DNA from: a virus
Strand: one strand, 5' to 3'
DNA: 64,000 nt
IMG/VR virus record: IMGVR_UViG_3300009370_000014
Span: 1 to 64,000 of that record
This document shows, piece by piece, positions 38,070-47,356 of the stretch. Each line of letters starts with the position of its first letter. Within the stretch, counting starts at the first letter, position 1. The translations under genes and the position numbers were made by a program. The notes under the pieces were generated by a model, which saw only the letters and a list, made by a program, of their open reading frames with translations, had not been told where the DNA came from and did no database searches.

Positions 38070-38196
38070 TTAGTATAAGATCGGCCTAATTATTCATTTC
38101 CCAATTACGCTTATGGCTGCAATGGGACGGAGGAACCTTAAGATGCCCCACCAAGTTTCCCCGGTAAATAAAAAGGCCTAAATTTCTAAGTATATA

Positions 38197-38280
38197 TGGG
38201 TAAGGAAGGATTCGAACCTTCAAAGGAAATATCCAGGAGGGTACCTTCTCCCCAGGCTAACCATACCTGCTATCTTACGC
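38197..38280 (-). ncRNA. atypical class-II tRNA-like element or pseudo-tRNA
   Basis: T-arm GAAGG TTCGAAT CCTTC; acceptor GCGTAAG/CTTACCC with one mismatch; 8-nt loop AAGGTACC without U33; variable arm GGA-TATT-TCC. Confidence 0.55.
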
Positions 38281-38288
38281 CTTGATGA

Positions 38289-38362
38289 TGGGCCGGGGCG
38301 GACTTGAACCGCCAACCTACGCTTTATGAGAGCGTAGCTCTAACCAATTGAGCTACCAGCCC
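38289..38362 (-). tRNA. tRNA with CAT anticodon (Ile2 or elongator Met)
   Basis: GGGCTGG..GCTC/GAGC..ACGCT CTCATAA AGCGT..GGCGG TTCAAGT CCGCC CCGGCCC A. Confidence 0.9.
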
Positions 38363-38371
38363 GAGTGAACA

Positions 38372-38596
38372 TCACCTACACCTCTTATCATGCTCCCCCT
38401 GTAAGAACTTTATTTCCTCTACCAGGTCAACCAGTTCTTCCAGAGGCATTGTTACTGCCTCTGTTTCCCAGTCTATTTTGCGATGCTCTGAGTCTGGAAT
38501 AGTGTCTCTTTTAAGGCAGACAGCACACCTACTCTTTCCCGTAGTTATCATTAATACTACCACAGCCCCACACACGAAACTTAGGATTTTTCCCAT
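38372..38596 (-). CDS. hypothetical protein
   Basis: ORF on the dominant strand. Confidence 0.5.
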   Translation of the reverse strand: MGKILSFVCGAVVVLMITTGKSRCAVCLKRDTIPDSEHRKIDWETEAVTMPLEELVDLVEEIKFLQGEHDKRCR

Positions 38597-39266
38597 TTAT
38601 TCTTTTCCTATCTATTAATACTTAAGCCAAAACCCCTAAGGGGTTGATTCCCGGCCAGTACTCTATTTAATAAGGCATGGCGGGTACGACAGGTACGACG
38701 TAAGAGCGAGTTTTAGTAAAAAACTCACTTTTTTAAAATGAGATTATTCAAATAAGTCCTCCTAAGACTTCATCACCTTTGCTGCGGCTATCAACCCTTT
38801 AAAGGTGACTACTTCTTTTTATGAAATTGTACGTATTACCCACGAACCGTTCTAGGCAATTAGGTTGAGTCGAGAGGTTTTATTATTTTTCTCCCACTAT
38901 TACCATCTCACGTACATATTACTTATAACTCAAAAGAGCTATAGTTTAGGTTCGTTTGGTTTACGGAGCGACTTCTATCTTTTCTGCCCTCGTACATATG
39001 AGCGAAGTCCTGTTAATACTTGATATCCAATTTGAGGAGCTCTAGTGCAGCCTCGAGTTCGAGGCACACGAGTTTCTAACTCGCAGCTAGTGCATAATCC
39101 TATTTCTCTACGATAGGAGGAAATACAGCACTCACATTTTTTACATTTAATTTCAGGGTTAAGATTATGAGTAGTCATCTTTCTCTCCTTAAAATTTAGT
39201 TTTCTAATTAATAAAAATAAGTATAGTGGGATTCGAACCCACACTCCCATACGAGAAGCAGATTTT

Positions 39267-39945
39267 CTTACTAACTACAGTTTTCACTGCCAAGCGGTTA
39301 ACTTGTTTGTAGTCTGGACTTTCTCTTTACCTTATAATAAGATTCACTTAGGTATTTTACGTAAAGTCTCTACACTCAAAGGAAATTAACATGAAGTTTA
39401 GAAAATATTCGGAAAACCAATTGAGAAACGCTGTAAAAGAAAGCGAGTCTATTAGATCCGTACTGTCTAAACTTAATCTCAAACAAGCCGGAGGAAACTA
39501 CAGAACTTTTAATAAAGCTGTAGCTTACTTAGACTTAGACATCTCACATTTCAAAGGTCAGGGATGGAATAAAGGACAAAACTTTGGACCCAAAAGACCT
39601 TTAAGTGACTACCTAGACAAGGGAATCCCTATCCAATCCAGTAAATTACGTAAGAGACTTATTCAAGAAGATATTTTCTGTCATAAGTGTTATAGATGTA
39701 ACTTAACTGAATGGCAAGAACATCCTATTCCTTTGGAGCTAGATCATATCAATGGAGAACATTTAGATAATAGATTAGAAAATCTAAGACTATTATGTCC
39801 AAATTGTCATGCCCAAACTCCTACTTATCGAGGTAAGAATATTAAATTTCCTCTTAGCTCGGGATTGCCATCAGCTTTACCTGGTAAGGTTTCCCCGAAT
39901 TAGTAAAATCCATTTTCTTTATTTCTAAAGAAAAGCTCAATTTTC
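39267..39945 (-). mobile_element. group I intron (trnL-UAA type) carrying a homing endonuclease gene
   Basis: P1 guide (CTT pairing with GAG), P AATTCGGGGAAAC, Q GGCAATCCCGAGC, R GTGTAGAGACT, S AAGAGAAAGTCC, terminal G at 39267. Confidence 0.9.
39391..39903 (+). CDS. HNH endonuclease, antisense within the intron
   Basis: CYRC...LELDHINGEHLDNRLENLRLLCPNCHAQT; AAGGA RBS. Confidence 0.92.
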   Translation: MKFRKYSENQLRNAVKESESIRSVLSKLNLKQAGGNYRTFNKAVAYLDLDISHFKGQGWNKGQNFGPKRPLSDYLDKGIPIQSSKLRKRLIQEDIFCHKCYRCNLTEWQEHPIPLELDHINGEHLDNRLENLRLLCPNCHAQTPTYRGKNIKFPLSSGLPSALPGKVSPN

Positions 39946-40075
39946 AAGTCTGCTGCGTCTACCAATTCCGCCATATACTCTTAAGATATCCATCACCTTA
40001 ACTTTAATAGGATTCTCTTCTTATAAAGTTAAAAGTGATGGAATCCTATTACTTATAACGCATAAGAATCCTTAT

Positions 40076-40552
40076 TTAATTTTTAGATCCAGGCTGTACC
40101 TTAATAAGGGTTAGTAGCCTTACAGACTTATCCTTATAAAGTTCCTTAATAGTTCCATGAAGAGTTTGGCCCTCTTCATTTAAGTCATTAAATGTACCAT
40201 ACCAATATCGTTTTGAGATGACATCAAAGCCTGTCCAGTCAATAATTCCAAGAGGGAGTATACATACATAATCCACTGTTAACAGATCTTGATTATCAGC
40301 CATAATAACAGCTTCCTCAAACATATATTTACTCATAAAAACACCTAAAGGTGAGCCTGAGAGATCATCTCCCATAAGCTCACCTTTTGGATATTTAAGA
40401 TTTAAAGGAAATTCATCCCACAAATCTACTTCATCTTCTGATAAAACAACCAAACAAACTACAGTTAAACCTTCTTCAGTATCCTCCCACTGACCATAGC
40501 ATTCAGTAGGAAAGGTAACTAATCCTTCCTCCAAAAACATAGCTTCGACCAC
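40076..40552 (-). CDS. hypothetical protein
   Basis: ORF on the dominant strand. Confidence 0.6.
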   Translation of the reverse strand: MVEAMFLEEGLVTFPTECYGQWEDTEEGLTVVCLVVLSEDEVDLWDEFPLNLKYPKGELMGDDLSGSPLGVFMSKYMFEEAVIMADNQDLLTVDYVCILPLGIIDWTGFDVISKRYWYGTFNDLNEEGQTLHGTIKELYKDKSVRLLTLIKVQPGSKN

Positions 40553-40833
40553 CAGCTTCTTTTTTTAGATTCTAAGAATTTAGTACTTTCTAGAAAATCA
40601 ACTTCATGAACGATTCTTCCAAATTGATCTAAGTAAGTAATCATGCGAAATTCTCCCTCAGCAATCTGCTTAGGTTTCGAATGATGTACTCCTCCAGGTC
40701 TGAACACTTTAATGAGATTCATATTTATCTTAGATCTACTCACGAAAATATCAGGTCCATATTCATTTCTAAGGTAGTCATCTTGATCTACATTAGACTC
40801 CAATAGAGATAAATCATTTTCATCAAAATCCAT
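40519..40833 (-). CDS. hypothetical protein
   Basis: Coupled ORF. Confidence 0.6.
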   Translation of the reverse strand: MDFDENDLSLLESNVDQDDYLRNEYGPDIFVSRSKINMNLIKVFRPGGVHHSKPKQIAEGEFRMITYLDQFGRIVHEVDFLESTKFLESKKRSWWSKLCFWRKD

Positions 40834-41145
40834 TAACTCTCCGATACTGTAACAGGAAGAGTTGCATTATCTTTAGGTTTTTTAGATTTTCTGATCTTCT
40901 TGATTGGTTCTTTTACCTCTGCAGGAATATCTTCTTTTTTCTCTCCAGTTAGGTGATCTGCTATTCGCTCTACTGATTCAACTAAGCGTTCAGATAGTTT
41001 AGCAATACCTTCAAGGATTTTCCACTCATGTGTTCTCATATAGATCTTTCTATTAAATTTACCACTATTATTAGATGTGGTGGATTATTTTTATCAATAT
41101 TGTTTTAGAATATTCTACTTCAAAACTAGAAATAGAAGTTCTACG

Positions 41146-41541
41146 TTACCTAGAGTATTGTAAATTCTTTTTAGCAAATCTAAATGTTCTATGATCACCA
41201 AAAGAAACGGCTCCAGGACGTAACTTGATATTCTTTTCTTTACGTTCTTTAGGAGTAATAACACCCCATTTTTCTAAATGAACGCTGAAAGAATCAGTAT
41301 ATGCTTTGTTGTCAGGAAATACAGTCATTACTGAATTAGTAGGTAGAGAACATATTTCCCCGACCCCTACAATACTTCCTTGATGGGTAAATATAACCCG
41401 ATCTCCAGGAGTTCCGGTTTTATTTAACAGATTATAAGGAAATTTTCCGTGAGGAAAACTCCAGATGTTAGTATCACGTAAGGCTGCCATATTTTTAACA
41501 TCACCTACTGCGAATTTATATACATTAATTTTACGAGTCAT
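41146..41541 (-). CDS. EVE/PUA-like domain protein (putative)
   Basis: IWSFP...PGDRVIFTHQGSIVGVGEICS...VFPD pattern. Confidence 0.5.
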   Translation of the reverse strand: MTRKINVYKFAVGDVKNMAALRDTNIWSFPHGKFPYNLLNKTGTPGDRVIFTHQGSIVGVGEICSLPTNSVMTVFPDNKAYTDSFSVHLEKWGVITPKERKEKNIKLRPGAVSFGDHRTFRFAKKNLQYSR

Positions 41542-41797
41542 TCTCGATTACCTTTTTTCGAATTGTTGCTAGATGAATACTCTTTCTTTTACAGAGTTCA
41601 TCTTCATCCGAATATAACATTTGATTAATAGCAGACTTCAATTGAAGTAAGTCTTCAGCATCAGAAATTAAATCTAGAAACCACAAGGGCACTGAGATTC
41701 TAGTCTGACAATCCGAGTCTCTGTCTGTGCTTAGACTCAGAATTTTTATAGAGTAATTATCCATATTATAAATCCTAGTAACGCATAGTAACAAGCA

Positions 41798-42670
41798 TTA
41801 GCTTCCTAATGCACCTAAAAGATCAATAAGTTCCTGTTGGCTTTTACCTTCAAATTTTTCTTTAAGATCCCTAGAAATTTCCTCAAGCTTTTCCCTAGTT
41901 TCATTATCAATACTAGACAAATCAGTGAAAAACTTGTGCTTGTAATGTTGGAAAGCTCTACCTAAGGCTCTAAGGTTCCCTTCCTTCCGAATGTATTCAT
42001 CTCCCACAGCACAGGCACTAATGCCTCGAGCAATTGGTTGAGGACGAGTACCTGCATCTAACATTACTCTCTTTTGCACACCTTCTATATCTTTTGAAAC
42101 AAACTTAGGAGGATCTCTCCGCCATTCTTTCTCATCATATATAATACATTCAGTTACATGATTAGCTAGAGTGTTATGCTTTAAATCTTTACGGGAGATA
42201 TTTCTTCGCTTCCATATACTATAATTATCTCTAAAGTCAGATAAAGCAGACTTAACGCCCTCTTTTGTATGTAAGAAAGCCCTGCCTCCTTTAGCTCCTG
42301 AGACAACCTTATAGCTCTTTTTTCCTGTCACTTTATCAGTAACAGCATACTGAGCATAACTTGGAATTAGGAAGTTAAACTTTTTAGTTTCAAATTCGTA
42401 AGTATCCATATCGGGTCTAAGATCCCAATTAGGCTTACCTTCGCTAGTCTTAGCATTGATATTCTTATCAACTAAATAGAGATGAGGTGCTTTATGTTGG
42501 ATAAATCTTACCCTAATTTTTCGGTTAACAGTTCCTGATCCTGAAATATCATATGTCTGTATAGGGTGATTATTACCTAGACTATCTGTTACGGTATTCC
42601 TAACAATTTTCATATCGTCAGAATTCCTCTCTTTGAAGATACATTTAGTGCTTTTACTAGGTATGGCCAT
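41798..42670 (-). CDS. hypothetical protein
   Basis: 290-aa ORF; GISACAVGDEYIRKEGNLRALGRA. Confidence 0.7.
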   Translation of the reverse strand: MAIPSKSTKCIFKERNSDDMKIVRNTVTDSLGNNHPIQTYDISGSGTVNRKIRVRFIQHKAPHLYLVDKNINAKTSEGKPNWDLRPDMDTYEFETKKFNFLIPSYAQYAVTDKVTGKKSYKVVSGAKGGRAFLHTKEGVKSALSDFRDNYSIWKRRNISRKDLKHNTLANHVTECIIYDEKEWRRDPPKFVSKDIEGVQKRVMLDAGTRPQPIARGISACAVGDEYIRKEGNLRALGRAFQHYKHKFFTDLSSIDNETREKLEEISRDLKEKFEGKSQQELIDLLGALGS

Positions 42671-43281
42671 GATTTAGTAAGATCTAGATAATATTTTTGT
42701 TTCTTTGGATCACAAAGTTTAAACAGATAATCATGAATCCACTTACCGTAGACTACATCGTATACGCAATATTTTCTCATCTCCATGGACCATTCAGAAT
42801 AAGGTAAGTGCCAAGGCGAAATACTTAGCATTCCTTTTGGTAGTTCTAAACCACAGATGCTCTTCACTAAATCTGTATACCTATTATTAGATCTACCTAA
42901 TAACTTGGACAGAGCCTTCGTACATTTGATAGTACTAGGTACTATACCATAGTGGTCATATATAGCTGGAGCATCAAAAGCAGCATGGTGAATATACGTA
43001 ATAACATCTGGATTCTCTACTAGGTTTTTAAAAACATCCAAGTTAGATTCACGATCTACCTTACATATCACTGCTTTAGTAAATCTACCATCAGCTAATG
43101 GAGAATAGCCCATACTGATAATATTAATATCGTCTTGTTCATCTTTACAATGATACTCTCCAAAGTTTAATCCTGTACTTTCTATATCTAGATGAACTTC
43201 TAATCCAAAATTTATTTCTTTAGGAAGATCATCATGCACAAAAGTTGTTTCAATCTCTGGAAAATTTTCATATATACTCAT
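42610..43281 (-). CDS. DEDDy 3'-5' exonuclease (RNase D/PolA-exo-like)
   Basis: LDIESTGL, HHAAFD, YCVYDV. Confidence 0.88.
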   Translation of the reverse strand: MSIYENFPEIETTFVHDDLPKEINFGLEVHLDIESTGLNFGEYHCKDEQDDINIISMGYSPLADGRFTKAVICKVDRESNLDVFKNLVENPDVITYIHHAAFDAPAIYDHYGIVPSTIKCTKALSKLLGRSNNRYTDLVKSICGLELPKGMLSISPWHLPYSEWSMEMRKYCVYDVVYGKWIHDYLFKLCDPKKQKYYLDLTKSWPYLVKALNVSSKRGILTI

Positions 43282-43939
43282 TTATAGATTTCTCCTTTAT
43301 TTTCAATAAAATATTTTTAGAAGATGTATATCTATATGACTCTATATAAACATCTAAATTATTAATTTTACTCAAGTTATTTAAGGCTCTTTTCCAAAAA
43401 AGTTGAGACATATTAAGACAATCATTTTCTATACGACAAGTATTAGAAGAACCGTGGGATACTGAAAAATAACCATAATCTTCTAAAAAATCCCATATCA
43501 CTTTCCAGCCACAAAAAGGATCTTTTTTACCTGACCTAACTTCACTTAAACCTAAGACTTTAAACTCAGGTATTAACTTAAACAGCTTCTGTTCACTGTT
43601 ACCATGCTTCTTTAAATGAAAAGGTATCCCAAAGTCTATAAAGAATTCTTTAAATCTTCTCATTTCACTAGAACTTTTTCTTCTATCAACTATCAACTTT
43701 CTTCCTTTTTTATATTTTTTACTGAAGAACAAAAGTAAGGGATAATGTTTGTAGAGTATTAAACCAGATGGTTTTTTACTAACCATAGAAGTGCTCAAAA
43801 TTTTTACTCTATCTTCTATTTCTCCTTTAGAAAAATAAAAAGATAGGTTTTTTGAAAGATAATCTGTATCAGCTGCTTTACTAGGATAAGCTTTCTGTAG
43901 GTAGAGCAGTCTATCTATTACAGCTTCATCAACAATCAT
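43268..43939 (-). CDS. hypothetical protein
   Basis: 223-aa ORF with an RBS. Confidence 0.6.
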   Translation of the reverse strand: MIVDEAVIDRLLYLQKAYPSKAADTDYLSKNLSFYFSKGEIEDRVKILSTSMVSKKPSGLILYKHYPLLLFFSKKYKKGRKLIVDRRKSSSEMRRFKEFFIDFGIPFHLKKHGNSEQKLFKLIPEFKVLGLSEVRSGKKDPFCGWKVIWDFLEDYGYFSVSHGSSNTCRIENDCLNMSQLFWKRALNNLSKINNLDVYIESYRYTSSKNILLKIKEKSINEYI

Positions 43940-43982
43940 GGATTTTCCATTCCTTCCATGGTATGATTTATAAGAGGATATT

Positions 43983-44720
43983 ATGATCTATACCAGAGAA
44001 TATAGCTTGCCGGGTCTTGTGACCTCACTTTGTTGTACCATTCGTGACAATCTGTCTAAAATCTTGCTCCCAATAGAGGATGCAGGGACAGTAACTATAA
44101 CTGCTAAGTGTGGTACGGTAATCGCCACTTTAGACCCTTCTGTATACAGGACAGGTAGACTATTTGTAGAGTGGGACGTTCCTCAAGATTTAAAACCAGG
44201 AGTTTACACTGAAGAATGGACTAACATACTATTAACAGATGGTAGAACCTTAGACAGAACATATAAGATATGGGTCTCTGATGAACCTTACTGTTTTGAG
44301 CAAATACCAATACCTGAGCTCGATATTAGGATAAACAAAATTACATTATATAAACCTACCGTAGAACCTGTAATATTCACAATGGATAATCCAAAATTTA
44401 TTATTTTTCCTAAAACTGAAGCACGATTATTTAGATCTACAACTATACCTGTTTCTATGAAAGTAACTGTAACAGAAGGAGGTCCTGGATTTAATATACC
44501 TGTACAATTTAACTCCTTTGATGAGCCTGTACTGATAGTAGATAAAGATATAACTGCTACTACAGAATTCTTCTCTTTAACTTCCTGGGAGGATAAAGCT
44601 TATTTTCTATTAGACACAACTGACTTAATCGCTACCACATATAGAGTTCAATTAAGAATTTACTTAGGTGAATTCCAATATGTTGAGAGACACTTTTCAT
44701 TCGAATTAAAGGAGTTTTAA
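43983..44720 (+). CDS. probable late/structural protein (beta-rich)
   Basis: Plus-strand island; TGGTATGAT extended -10 and GAGGA RBS upstream. Confidence 0.6.
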   Translation: MIYTREYSLPGLVTSLCCTIRDNLSKILLPIEDAGTVTITAKCGTVIATLDPSVYRTGRLFVEWDVPQDLKPGVYTEEWTNILLTDGRTLDRTYKIWVSDEPYCFEQIPIPELDIRINKITLYKPTVEPVIFTMDNPKFIIFPKTEARLFRSTTIPVSMKVTVTEGGPGFNIPVQFNSFDEPVLIVDKDITATTEFFSLTSWEDKAYFLLDTTDLIATTYRVQLRIYLGEFQYVERHFSFELKEF

Positions 44721-44721
44721 A

Positions 44722-45114
44722 ATGGCTTTAACTTGTGACCCTGCCTCTCTAGAAATTAAATTTAATACGATATGTGAAGATGATCAATTTTGCTTAGAAA
44801 TTTCAGTCATCGTGAATACAAATATAGACCCTGAAATATTTGTACATCGGCAAACTCCTGAAACAGGGCCTACAGGTTGCCCTTTAGATCACTTCTGTGC
44901 TGTAGCAAACTCTGCCCAAATGAAGGACCTTCCAGTAGGTCCACCAGGAGATCCCTTTTATAGGAAAAGAGAAGCTAAGGCCTGCTTTAGCTCCAACAAA
45001 GAACTATGTGATGCCAAGGCTTTACTTGCTGATCAGATAGACAGTCTTCTTAACTCTTGGAATAAACTTCTTCTTCTTGCTGACTATGACATTGTTCTTT
45101 TTCCAAGATCTTAA
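44722..45114 (+). CDS. probable late/structural protein
   Basis: AAGGAG RBS; coupled to the previous gene. Confidence 0.6.
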   Translation: MALTCDPASLEIKFNTICEDDQFCLEISVIVNTNIDPEIFVHRQTPETGPTGCPLDHFCAVANSAQMKDLPVGPPGDPFYRKREAKACFSSNKELCDAKALLADQIDSLLNSWNKLLLLADYDIVLFPRS

Positions 45115-45880
45115 ATCCTTGGCTAACCGCAACTTCTTCCGGTAAAATATCTAACTCATTCATTGCATACATCATCATCAAAAGATATTTATCAACTCTA
45201 ACTTTAATAGATACCATACAATTTTGAATTCTAGTCAATTCAAACTGCGTTAGGCCTATGCACCTAGCAAATTTTATATCACTATGGGGTCTTCTACAGG
45301 TCCCGTATGCAGTTATAGTTTCTACGTTAGATTTAACATTAGAAAGAAAACTATCTTCAGAGCCTTCCTCTGTATAATAACCTTCTTTAAATAAGTCACA
45401 TGAAGGAAAATTTGGAAAATAATTTTGAAGCTGGTCAGGACTAAATTCCTTCTTAAAATAACTTTTTAATATTTCATACATTCCTTTCCAGTTTTCCTCT
45501 AAGAATAGAGCACATACTTTATTAAAATTGTATGTCACATGGCCATAGTAGAATACAGAGTTACGCATAAGGTAATCTCTTTGGGGTTCCTTCCATGTGT
45601 ATATATGACTAGTTCCAGCAGGTGCTGAGTTCAGATCAAAAGTTCTTAATTTAGGTAAGTTTGAGATATTAAAAAAATAAGAGTATACCTCCTCCACCTT
45701 TCCTTCAAAATGAGACAATATAGCCTCGTACCATCTCCCTCTAGACACAATAAACTTTCTTTTAGAAAGATAGAGAGTAAATGGTTCTATGTCTGTACCC
45801 ATTGGGTTACTAAGAGATTCAAATATTGATACAGACGCAAACCTCTCAAGATATTTTTTTGTATTCATTACATCCTTCAA
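45050..45880 (-). CDS. hypothetical protein
   Basis: 276-aa ORF. Confidence 0.6.
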   Translation of the reverse strand: MKDVMNTKKYLERFASVSIFESLSNPMGTDIEPFTLYLSKRKFIVSRGRWYEAILSHFEGKVEEVYSYFFNISNLPKLRTFDLNSAPAGTSHIYTWKEPQRDYLMRNSVFYYGHVTYNFNKVCALFLEENWKGMYEILKSYFKKEFSPDQLQNYFPNFPSCDLFKEGYYTEEGSEDSFLSNVKSNVETITAYGTCRRPHSDIKFARCIGLTQFELTRIQNCMVSIKVRVDKYLLMMMYAMNELDILPEEVAVSQGFKILEKEQCHSQQEEEVYSKS

Positions 45881-46547
45881 TAATCATATGATATACAGTA
45901 TTAAAATAGAGAAGCTTAGTATAATATTTATCAAGTTCATTTATCTCTACACTAGATACAAAAAACACTTTCTCTAATAATTCTGGACTCATACCTTTAT
46001 CAGTGAAAAATTGAGTATTAGAACTGTCTATTCTCAATTTACTAGTTACGCTAAGATTAATATTATCGTGGAACTTTACTTTTTTAGCCAACATTCCTGC
46101 ATACCTGGAACTCCAGTTAGGTATCATTGACCTAGGAACCTTGAAAGTAAAGACATTCTGGCCCTTACTAAATAAACTAAATTCCTTAAGGATATCCTCG
46201 CACTTATTAGCTAAAAACTTTTTAGAGTGACTTACCAAAACATGATGAACATACCCTAGATATAAGTATACATTACTCATCATTTCATAGTAGAGATTCT
46301 TAGCAAGAAATTTAGCGTGAGTAGGAGGAAGAGGCTTTGTATCACTTTTAGGCAAGTCTATATATTCTAATGGAATATTGAATTCGCCCAAAATCTTTCC
46401 TCCATACTCCCAGATACCAGGACCGTATAATTTATGGTACGTCCGTCTTGGGATATACAATAACCTGGAAGGAGGTGCGCTCGGAGGGCCACTATCATAG
46501 AACTTCATTACCTCTTTAGTTATCACTTTTTTTATGTCTTCTAGCAT
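45846..46547 (-). CDS. hypothetical protein
   Basis: 233-aa ORF. Confidence 0.6.
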   Translation of the reverse strand: MLEDIKKVITKEVMKFYDSGPPSAPPSRLLYIPRRTYHKLYGPGIWEYGGKILGEFNIPLEYIDLPKSDTKPLPPTHAKFLAKNLYYEMMSNVYLYLGYVHHVLVSHSKKFLANKCEDILKEFSLFSKGQNVFTFKVPRSMIPNWSSRYAGMLAKKVKFHDNINLSVTSKLRIDSSNTQFFTDKGMSPELLEKVFFVSSVEINELDKYYTKLLYFNTVYHMIIEGCNEYKKIS

Positions 46548-46842
46548 TTAGTAGATCCTGACTAGAATGAAACATATTAGCTAGACGATGAATACTAAAT
46601 ACTAATATGGGTATAAGGAATAAATAGGAAGAATATTTTAAGTATAATACTAATAGTATAGTGTTGAAACCAGCAACCCAAACACTTAAACAGTAGGGGC
46701 AGGTTAGCAACCTAGAGAAGAAATCATCTCTAAGTGCTAACTTGGACATCAAAGGAGCAAATATATCAGACTTAGTAATTATCTCGGTTATTGCTTCAGT
46801 AGTAATAGCTCCTAAAACTATCAATAAAACTAGCTCAAACAC
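46516..46842 (-). CDS. DUF1360-like membrane protein
   Basis: Hydrophobic helices with LLTCPYCLSVWVA. Confidence 0.65.
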   Translation of the reverse strand: MFELVLLIVLGAITTEAITEIITKSDIFAPLMSKLALRDDFFSRLLTCPYCLSVWVAGFNTILLVLYLKYSSYLFLIPILVFSIHRLANMFHSSQDLLNARRHKKSDN

Positions 46843-47356
46843 CAGTAGACCCGAAGCCGTTTTCTCCTCTTTCAGATTCTACAAGTTCAGGAACAATTTC
46901 TAACCTAGTTTTAGGAACTTTACGAAAAGCTATTTGAGCAATTCTCATTCCATCCTTAATAATCACAGACTGTTCATTTTTAGCAGGGTACATAAAACTT
47001 TCATTTCTTTTAATCAGTTTAGGTAAGCTTAGTACTACTTTAACTTCTCCTCTATAGCCTGAATCTATAGTTCCAGGAGAGTTAGCAACAGTAAGGCCTA
47101 CTTTACTAGCCAGTCCCGATCTGGGACGGATAATCGCTTCCCAATCAGTAGGCAGTTGTAAGCTAACTCCAGTTTCCACTGTTTTGATTTCTCCAGGAAC
47201 TATTTCAATCTCATGCTCTAACCTAGCTGTAAGATCATAACAAGCATCTCCAGTATGAGCTTTTATTGGTGTATATTTTTCATCTTTGACTTTAATTTTT
47301 ATCGTTTGTGCTCTTACCATTAGTCTCCCAATGCTCTCTATTAAAAATGACTCCAT
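46835..47356 (-). CDS. dut: trimeric dUTPase
   Basis: DACYDL, IRPRSGLA, NSPGTIDSGYRGE, RIAQ, RGENGFGSTG. Confidence 0.96.
   Translation of the reverse strand: MESFLIESIGRLMVRAQTIKIKVKDEKYTPIKAHTGDACYDLTARLEHEIEIVPGEIKTVETGVSLQLPTDWEAIIRPRSGLASKVGLTVANSPGTIDSGYRGEVKVVLSLPKLIKRNESFMYPAKNEQSVIIKDGMRIAQIAFRKVPKTRLEIVPELVESERGENGFGSTGV

Larger units (their letters stand above)
39218..39980 (-). tRNA. tRNA-Leu(TAA) interrupted by a group I intron (exon 1 39980-39946, exon 2 39266-39218)
   Basis: Exon 1 GAGTATATGGCGGAATTGGTAGACGCAGCAGACTT joined to exon 2 AAAATCTGC...GTGGGTTCGAATCCCACTATACTTA rebuilds GCAGA CT-TAA-AA TCTGC. Confidence 0.92.

Noticed and set aside
38975-39250. 91-aa ORF as annotated
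   Set aside because: Its 5' part overlaps tRNA-Leu exon 2; the real ORF more likely starts at MTTHNLN after the AAGGAG at ~39185-39190.
39941-39980. tRNA-Ser(TGA) read from the unspliced 5' exon
   Set aside because: The GA after CTT belongs to the intron; splicing gives TAA and the D-loop is Leu-type.
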